DNA of 64,000 bases from assembly GCA_032128375.1 (NCBI GenBank), contig JAQBGU010000096.1, forward strand, positions 1-64,000, read 5' to 3'. The notes beneath the pieces are model-generated. The model worked only from the letters and a program-made list of their open reading frames with translations. It was not told the DNA's origin and did not search any database. The DNA comes from Deltaproteobacteria bacterium. GTDB lineage: Bacteria > Myxococcota_A > UBA9160 > SMWR01. Positions within the stretch are counted from its first letter, which is position 1. Each line of letters begins with the position of its first letter. This document shows, piece after piece, positions 58,053 to 64,000 of this stretch. Position numbers and translations under genes: made by a program.

Positions 58053-59489
58053 ATGATGATTTCGATTGACGGCTTCGGTCAACGGTGCGCCGAATCTGCA
58101 AGAAGCGTTTGGATCGCTGCCTCGGTAGCTCTTTCAGTGGCAGCTTGTACGCAAGCGCCGCAAGACCGGCCTCCGAACATCGTGTTGATTACTTTGGACA
58201 CGACCCGCGCAGATCACCTGGGTATCTATGGCTACCCGCGTGCCGACACCCCGAACCTCGACCGCTTCGCGCAGCACGCCGTCGTGTACGAAACAGCCTA
58301 CTCGACGTCGTCGTGGACCCTGCCCTCTCACGCGTCGATGTTCACCGGGCTGCTCCCGATGCAGCACGGCGCGCAGACCGCTCCGGATGGAAATTCGACC
58401 GATCTTGGCTACACGGTGCGTTCGCTGTCGGAAAGTTTCGAGACACTGGCGGAAAGTCTTTCAGCCGCCGGTTACCGAACCGCCGGTGTCGTCGCGGGGC
58501 CGGCGATGCGCCGCGAACTCGGCGTCGCGCAGGGCTTCGACCACTACGACGACGATCTCGAGAGCCCCGGCGCACTGTTCAATGGACGTCGCGCAGAGCT
58601 CGTCGCGAATCGCGCGATCGGAATCGCCAAGCTTTTCGGCGAGGGGCCCTTTTTTCTGTTCGTGAACTTCTTCGACGCGCACTCCCCCTACCGGCCCCCG
58701 CCCCCGCACGACCGCGGGTTGCGCAAATTCGACGAAGGCCCGTTCGTCATGGCGGCGGTCGGACGTCTGCGAGCCATCTCGGCGGGTGTGGAGCCGAGCA
58801 GCCCAGAGCCGTGGGAACGCGACACGGCCGACGCGATGATCGAAGGCTACGATGCCGAACTCAGCTATCTCGATTTCCATCTAGGACGTCTACTGACCCA
58901 GCTCGAATCAAACGCGCCGGTTCTGGTGGCCATCACCTCGGACCACGGCGAGAGCTTCGGGGAGCACAGTTACACCTCCCACGGTGCCCACCTGTACGAA
59001 GACAACGTTCGTGTTCCGCTGATCGTTCGCTACCCGGATGGCGCGGGTGCCGGAACTCGAATCGCGACGCCAGTGCAGAACCATCGCTTGTTCGCGACGT
59101 TTCTGCGCGCCGCGGGGCTTCCGCTCCCAGCCGGAGTCGCCCTGCGCGCGACCGATGAGCCGGGTGGGATGATCGTCACGGAGGTTCGGCGCAGCGACAA
59201 AAACGTCAGCCTGTTCGGTGAAATATTCGATCGCGATTTGCGCTCGGTTTACGAAGCGCCCTACAAGCTGATCTCATCCAGCGATGGCACGATCCAGCTT
59301 TTCAACCTCGCAACAGACGAGGCCGAGTCGAAAGACCTCGCCAACCTGGAACCCGAAGCAGTCGAACGCCTCAACGCGCGACTGAGCGAAATCGAGCGTG
59401 CACACCCGGCGCTGTTCGATGAGACAGTGCGCGCCGATCTCTCACCCCGGACCAGCGAGGCACTGCGCGCGCTCGGCTATATCGACTAG
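58053..59489 (+). CDS. Sulfatase-like lipoprotein with non-canonical TxPxH motif
   Basis: Lipobox VAA-C, PNIVLITLDTTRADH, TPNLD, WTLPSHASMFTG, DAHSPY, TSDHGE, RVPLI, C-terminal ALRALGYID. Confidence 0.88.
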   Translation: MMISIDGFGQRCAESARSVWIAASVALSVAACTQAPQDRPPNIVLITLDTTRADHLGIYGYPRADTPNLDRFAQHAVVYETAYSTSSWTLPSHASMFTGLLPMQHGAQTAPDGNSTDLGYTVRSLSESFETLAESLSAAGYRTAGVVAGPAMRRELGVAQGFDHYDDDLESPGALFNGRRAELVANRAIGIAKLFGEGPFFLFVNFFDAHSPYRPPPPHDRGLRKFDEGPFVMAAVGRLRAISAGVEPSSPEPWERDTADAMIEGYDAELSYLDFHLGRLLTQLESNAPVLVAITSDHGESFGEHSYTSHGAHLYEDNVRVPLIVRYPDGAGAGTRIATPVQNHRLFATFLRAAGLPLPAGVALRATDEPGGMIVTEVRRSDKNVSLFGEIFDRDLRSVYEAPYKLISSSDGTIQLFNLATDEAESKDLANLEPEAVERLNARLSEIERAHPALFDETVRADLSPRTSEALRALGYID

Positions 59490-60844
59490 CGTCTCGCGGC
59501 AGACTCGACTCGACGGTTGATCGATTCCTTCGCAAACATTCGAAAGATCGCCGATCCGCCGATCGACGCAAGAACGGCGAGGATCGGGTACAGCGGCGCG
59601 TGGTAGCGCGGATTTCCGACGAACAGAACCGTGTGCATCAGAACGAAGTAACTCGCTGCCACGATCAGCAGCCGCACCCCAACGTCACGTCTGCACACCC
59701 AGCCGCCGACCATCGCCAACCCACACACCCAAAAAAAGAATCCAGTCGCGATCATCCCCAACAAACGGTCAGTCGACCCGCCCGCCTGTGAGGCGGCACC
59801 TGCAATCGGCTCGTGCCGTGTCATCGCCCATTCCAGGCCCGCGTGGTCGTGATGAAACAGGAAGTACAGCCGACGCGGAATCAGACTCAACTCGCGCAAC
59901 GGGTGTGAGAGCGCGTAGCCGATGGCAACCCGGGCGCCGAGCTGCATTTCCCGTATCTCCCGCTCGGGATTCGGAAGCGATTGCAGAGATTTCAGCAGAT
60001 CTCGTCGGTAGCCGACCATTGCAAGCGACTCGCTTCCGTCGGCGACGGGCGAATGCGCATAGGTCAGCGCCATTCCAACCGACGTGCTCACGAGCACCGG
60101 CGATCCCATCGTCAGCGCGTTTCGGGCCGTCCAGGGCAACACGACAACCGCGACCCCGATCGCGAGCGCAGCAGATCGCACGAACACGATTTTCGCCGAT
60201 CGCGTTTCGATCCACCACAGCGCGATGGGCACCGCGAAGAAGAACGACGCCGCACCGCGCGTGAGCATCGCGACCCCTAGTAGCGCGCCGAAGCCCCACC
60301 AGTGAGGAAACGGCCTGGATCTCGCGGAATCCTGCAGCCGCGCGAATAACAACAGAAGACCGCACAGCAGCGCAATGAATGCGTTTTCACTCAACGTGAG
60401 AGGAGCAAAGAACACGTAGCCGGGAAACACCGCGACGATCGCAGCCGCGACGAGTGCACACACCTGGGTGTGCCCCGATCCGCGGCAAACGCGCAGCGCA
60501 AGCGCATAGGTGAGCCAGCACGTGAGGCACGCGAGCGCGACATTCAGCCCCTGCGCGGTTCGAATCGATGCGCCAAACAGCGCGTAGGCGGCGGCCAACA
60601 GGGCCGGGTAGCCCGGCGGCCAGAATGCGGTGGCAGCACCCTGCGAATCGGTCAGCACGTGTCCATCTAGCAGGGTCAGCGCAGCAAGGTCGTACCAGGT
60701 CATGTCGAAGTGAAAGCTCTTGCGCGGATCGACTTCGACCGCGGATACCCATCCCAATCGAATCACGGCCGCGACGAACAGGCAGACGATCACGCCACGA
60801 CTGAACGCGACATGCGTTGCGCGCTCGTGCGCGTGCCCGGCCAT
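59486..60844 (-). CDS. GT-C fold membrane glycosyltransferase (GT39/ArnT-like)
   Basis: FDMTWY, PPGYP, LSEN, LTR, PWTARN, PRY motifs; multi-pass membrane. Confidence 0.8.
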   Translation of the reverse strand: MAGHAHERATHVAFSRGVIVCLFVAAVIRLGWVSAVEVDPRKSFHFDMTWYDLAALTLLDGHVLTDSQGAATAFWPPGYPALLAAAYALFGASIRTAQGLNVALACLTCWLTYALALRVCRGSGHTQVCALVAAAIVAVFPGYVFFAPLTLSENAFIALLCGLLLLFARLQDSARSRPFPHWWGFGALLGVAMLTRGAASFFFAVPIALWWIETRSAKIVFVRSAALAIGVAVVVLPWTARNALTMGSPVLVSTSVGMALTYAHSPVADGSESLAMVGYRRDLLKSLQSLPNPEREIREMQLGARVAIGYALSHPLRELSLIPRRLYFLFHHDHAGLEWAMTRHEPIAGAASQAGGSTDRLLGMIATGFFFWVCGLAMVGGWVCRRDVGVRLLIVAASYFVLMHTVLFVGNPRYHAPLYPILAVLASIGGSAIFRMFAKESINRRVESAARR

Positions 60845-62476
60845 TCAGCGCTCCGGAATCTCGTAGACGCGGATCGAATACCCCAGCTGGGCGACGGGTT
60901 CGAACTCGCGAAGCCAGTCATAACAGCCGGGCTTGGGCCTCTCGAATGGGTTGCGGGCCGAGTACAAGCCCTCCATCACATTGACGCTGATCGCGACCAG
61001 GCCAGCCACGCGCTCACATCCAACCGAGCGATACGGCACGAACCCGTAGGTTTCGGGGGTCTCGGGCCCAAAGTATGCGAGCGCGACCGGAGGGCTCCCA
61101 CGCTCCGCCAGGTATCGCGCCAGGGTCGATAGGTCTTGTCCCCAGTCGATATTCGCGTCGAGCAGGTAACCTGAACCTCGCGCCGGTCCGCCGCCGAGCT
61201 CATTGAAATACGCCAGGTAGTGTGGATGAATCTGCGCGCTCGCAACGCCGAGCCAGGCACATGCGCAACCGAGCAGCACCCGCATCGGCCGGCCGTCGAT
61301 CGGCAGCAACTGGGTCGCAACGAACACGAATCCGAGGGGGAACAACGGAAGGACGTAGCGAAGTCCAAGCGGAATATGCAGCCAGAACAGTGCCATTCCC
61401 AGGTAGAGCGCAGACGGAAAGCCAACCACCCAACCCAGATTGCCTCGTCGGGTTGCCAGTGAGCCCAACGCGGTAAGCAATAGACCCACGATCGCGACAG
61501 GCTCTTTCAACACCCAGGCCAGCGGGAAGTAGTACCACCAACCTCGATCCGAAAATTCGCCGAGCAGAAAAGCTACCCGCCCGCCAGCGTTGATGACGCC
61601 GTCAACGAGGAGCGCTTGGATGTACCCCGGAAGCTGCACGTCGGGAAGCGGTCCCTTTTCGACAGCGATCATCCCGAACGACCCGCCGTATCCCAGCCAG
61701 AAGACGCCGAGCGACACCACGAGAAGCACCGCGCCCCGGCCGAGCAACCAGGCTACTCGGCGGCCGAAGGCTTCGGGCCCTATCCAAGGAAGCTTGTCGG
61801 TCGCCCGCCAGGGTCGAAGCGCCAGAACTCCGAACAACAACAACATGCTGGCCATCAGCAGTACGCCCGTGGATTTCGCGATCAGCCCGAAGCCCAGCGA
61901 CACACCGCACAGTACCAACCGCAGCGGCGATGGACGGACCATCCAGCGCCAGAACGCGTAGAGCGTTTGCAGGAAGAACACCGTCGCGGTGATGTCCGAA
62001 TGCGCGAGTGCACCGTTGCCCAGCATCATCGGCGAAAACGAGTACAAAAACGCCGCGAGTAGCCCAGCCCCATCGCCCGAGGCCTCTCGCGCCCACAGAA
62101 AACACAGCAGCGCAGCCCACACGCTCAACGCGATGAAGGGAATGCGGCTGACTACTCGAATCGTCTCGGACGAAGGAATACCCCGGGTCCGTAGCCGCCG
62201 GCTGACCGCCCGATCGCGGACCAGGCCGTCCAGGTCGAAAAAGAGCAGAGGGACGCTCGCCAGGTGATAGGCGAGCGGCGGGTGCAGGTTCAACGTGGAT
62301 GCAAAGTGGTAGTCGCCTGTCTCCCACAGGTACAACCCGGTGCCGATGTAGTGCGGCTCGTCTGCTGTCAGCGACTTCTCGAACGCGGTGTGCGTGAGCC
62401 GAGCTGCGAAGACCGCCAACAGCACAAAGAGCAGGGCCCATAAGACCGGCCCGGGCCATCGCAGAAGTCGAGACAC
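60845..62476 (-). CDS. GT-C fold membrane glycosyltransferase (GT39/ArnT-like)
   Basis: TADEPHYI..G, HPPL, K.TG, WWYYFP, LRYVLP, YLAYFNE, DANIDWGQDL. Confidence 0.82.
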   Translation of the reverse strand: MSRLLRWPGPVLWALLFVLLAVFAARLTHTAFEKSLTADEPHYIGTGLYLWETGDYHFASTLNLHPPLAYHLASVPLLFFDLDGLVRDRAVSRRLRTRGIPSSETIRVVSRIPFIALSVWAALLCFLWAREASGDGAGLLAAFLYSFSPMMLGNGALAHSDITATVFFLQTLYAFWRWMVRPSPLRLVLCGVSLGFGLIAKSTGVLLMASMLLLFGVLALRPWRATDKLPWIGPEAFGRRVAWLLGRGAVLLVVSLGVFWLGYGGSFGMIAVEKGPLPDVQLPGYIQALLVDGVINAGGRVAFLLGEFSDRGWWYYFPLAWVLKEPVAIVGLLLTALGSLATRRGNLGWVVGFPSALYLGMALFWLHIPLGLRYVLPLFPLGFVFVATQLLPIDGRPMRVLLGCACAWLGVASAQIHPHYLAYFNELGGGPARGSGYLLDANIDWGQDLSTLARYLAERGSPPVALAYFGPETPETYGFVPYRSVGCERVAGLVAISVNVMEGLYSARNPFERPKPGCYDWLREFEPVAQLGYSIRVYEIPER

Positions 62477-62599
62477 CGATCAAGCTACCTGATCTGGGCC
62501 AACTCTGCTTCGTCGCATGACCTGCGATGACGGCGCGCCATTTGGCTTCCCGATACCTCTCGATTCCCCTCGCTGGCTTTCGCTACGTTCGCGCGCGCA

Positions 62600-63352
62600 A
62601 TGCGCGCGATCGTCATCCTACCCAGCTACAACGAGGCCGAGAACGTACTGCGACTGAGCGCCGACGTCCTTTCCCGGGATGGCGCGCTGGAGGTGGTAGT
62701 CGTCGACGACAATAGCCCCGATGGCACCGCCGATCTGGTCAGCGAGGCGATGCATGGTGAACCCCGGCTCCACCTGGTGAAGCGCGCCGGGAAGTTGGGT
62801 CTCGGTTCGGCCTACCAGGCAGGCTTCGAGTATGCGCTCGCCAATCGATACGATCTGGTCTTCACGATGGATTGCGATTACAGCCATCATCCCAAGCACC
62901 TGCCACAGTTTCTCGAGTCGATCGCTCAGGGTAGCGATATGGTCGTGGGCTCACGCTATGTCCCGGGTGGGGGCGTCCGCAATTGGCCGACTCGCCGCAT
63001 ATTGCTGTCGCGTTTCGCGAATTTCTATACCCGGCTGCTGCTCCGCGTCCCGGTACACGACTGCACCGCCGGCTACCGCTGCTACACCCAGGAGGTGTTG
63101 GTGACCGTCGACCCGTCCTCAATCCGCTCGTCAGGCTATGCGTTTCTCGAAGACATGGTGATGCGTGTGCACCGCGCCGGGTTCAAGATCCACGAAGTTC
63201 CGATCATTTTCGAAGACCGTACGCGCGGCGCATCGAAGATCAACCACTCCGAGATCTACCTTGCAGCCTGGCACGTACTGAAGACCGCGTTCTACGCCCC
63301 CGCGGTCAACAAGCGCGTCATGGGAAAGCTGGGCAGTCACCCGCCCCAGTGA
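62600..63352 (+). CDS. Polyprenol monophosphomannose synthase-like GT2 (DPM1/Ppm1 family)
   Basis: LPSYNE, VVDDNSPDGT, KLGLGSAY, MDCDYSH, GSRYVPGG, DCTAGYRCY, FEDRTRGASK. Confidence 0.9.
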   Translation: MRAIVILPSYNEAENVLRLSADVLSRDGALEVVVVDDNSPDGTADLVSEAMHGEPRLHLVKRAGKLGLGSAYQAGFEYALANRYDLVFTMDCDYSHHPKHLPQFLESIAQGSDMVVGSRYVPGGGVRNWPTRRILLSRFANFYTRLLLRVPVHDCTAGYRCYTQEVLVTVDPSSIRSSGYAFLEDMVMRVHRAGFKIHEVPIIFEDRTRGASKINHSEIYLAAWHVLKTAFYAPAVNKRVMGKLGSHPPQ

Positions 63353-63911
63353 CGCGACTGCTGCTGGTACGGCACTGCCAATCCTCTGGTCAATTTCCCG
63401 AGTCACCACTGACCGAGGACGGATTCACGCAAGCGCAATCGCTTGCGCCGTTCTTGAGCCGATACGACATCGATCTCATCGTGTCGAGCCCAGCATTGCA
63501 GACGATCGCGCCGTTCGCACAACAACAATCGCTCGAAGTCCACCAGGACGCGCGGTTTCGGGAGCGCGAGCCCGCGAGCATCGCGCTCCCCGATTGGCTA
63601 GCTCCTCGAGTGCTCCTTTCGAGACCTCGACTACGGTCATCCATCCATCTGGCCGCGACGCCCAACAGCGCGGTTGGCGAGCGATCGACGAAATTGTCGA
63701 GGCCGGCCACCGATGCCCTGCCGTTGTCGCGCACGGCAACCTGATCTCTTTGATTCTCCGGCGCATCGAGCCGGAGATCGGCTTCGAATTCTGGCGCCGA
63801 CTCAGCAACCCGGACGTGTACGTGCTCGCTCGCGACGACGAATCGGCCTGGACAAGCGAACGCGTCTGGAACCCGGGAGGGTCCGCGACCGAAGCGGATC
63901 ACCAGAGCTGA
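63349..63911 (+). pseudogene. Histidine phosphatase (phosphoglycerate mutase family), frameshifted
   Basis: LLVRHCQS and PLT..G..QA in one frame; SSP-ALQT lacks the usual xxR; LECSFRDLDY in a second frame from 63605; AQQRG...VVAHGNL...LSNPD in a third frame to 63911. Confidence 0.75.
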
Positions 63912-64000
63912 CGCGGGGCACCGCGATCTGCCTACGCTACCCGACCCCAATCCATTCCAGGCGTTCACCCCACCGCGCGACGACCGCCCGCGCCAGTTCC

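Noticed and set aside
1..64000. tRNA, rRNA, integrase, transposase or prophage genes
   Set aside because: None recognised in the translations or spacers. The glycosylation island shows no visible mobility genes or flanking repeats.

Overview
High-GC bacterial chromosomal window, gene-dense on both strands. Gene content suggests a Gram-negative Myxococcota/deltaproteobacterial-type organism (inference only). I found no rRNA, tRNA, CRISPR array or mobile element. 1-5.1 kb: a PilT/PilU-family ATPase, a histidine-kinase-like protein whose phospho-acceptor His is replaced by Arg, and a co-oriented run of small genes (khpA, TPR protein, a 30-aa bS22/AURKAIP1-like ORF missing from the ORF track, a 67-aa (KKKAT)n histone-like protein, rpoZ). 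5-34 kb: envelope and housekeeping genes (beta-barrel, mgtE, two GT-C glycosyltransferases, tandem GST-N protein, a LolA-like/ABC/outer-membrane export cluster, a sulfotransferase, the run alaC-hom-thrC-ribE followed by an Nma111/Deg7-type protease, NhaC, H+-pyrophosphatase, a ThDP enzyme). 34.9-63.4 kb: a ~28-kb cell-envelope glycosylation island with six intact and one decayed GT-C-fold membrane glycosyltransferase-like genes, three GT2 polyprenol-phosphate sugar synthase-like genes, a GT4, a UPF0104 flippase, four SAM methyltransferases, an acyltransferase, a GNAT, a deacetylase, a desaturase and two alkaline-phosphatase-superfamily lipoproteins sharing an LRxLGY tail. The island is the best candidate for an undescribed system. 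All product calls come from motif recognition in the translations; no searches were run.
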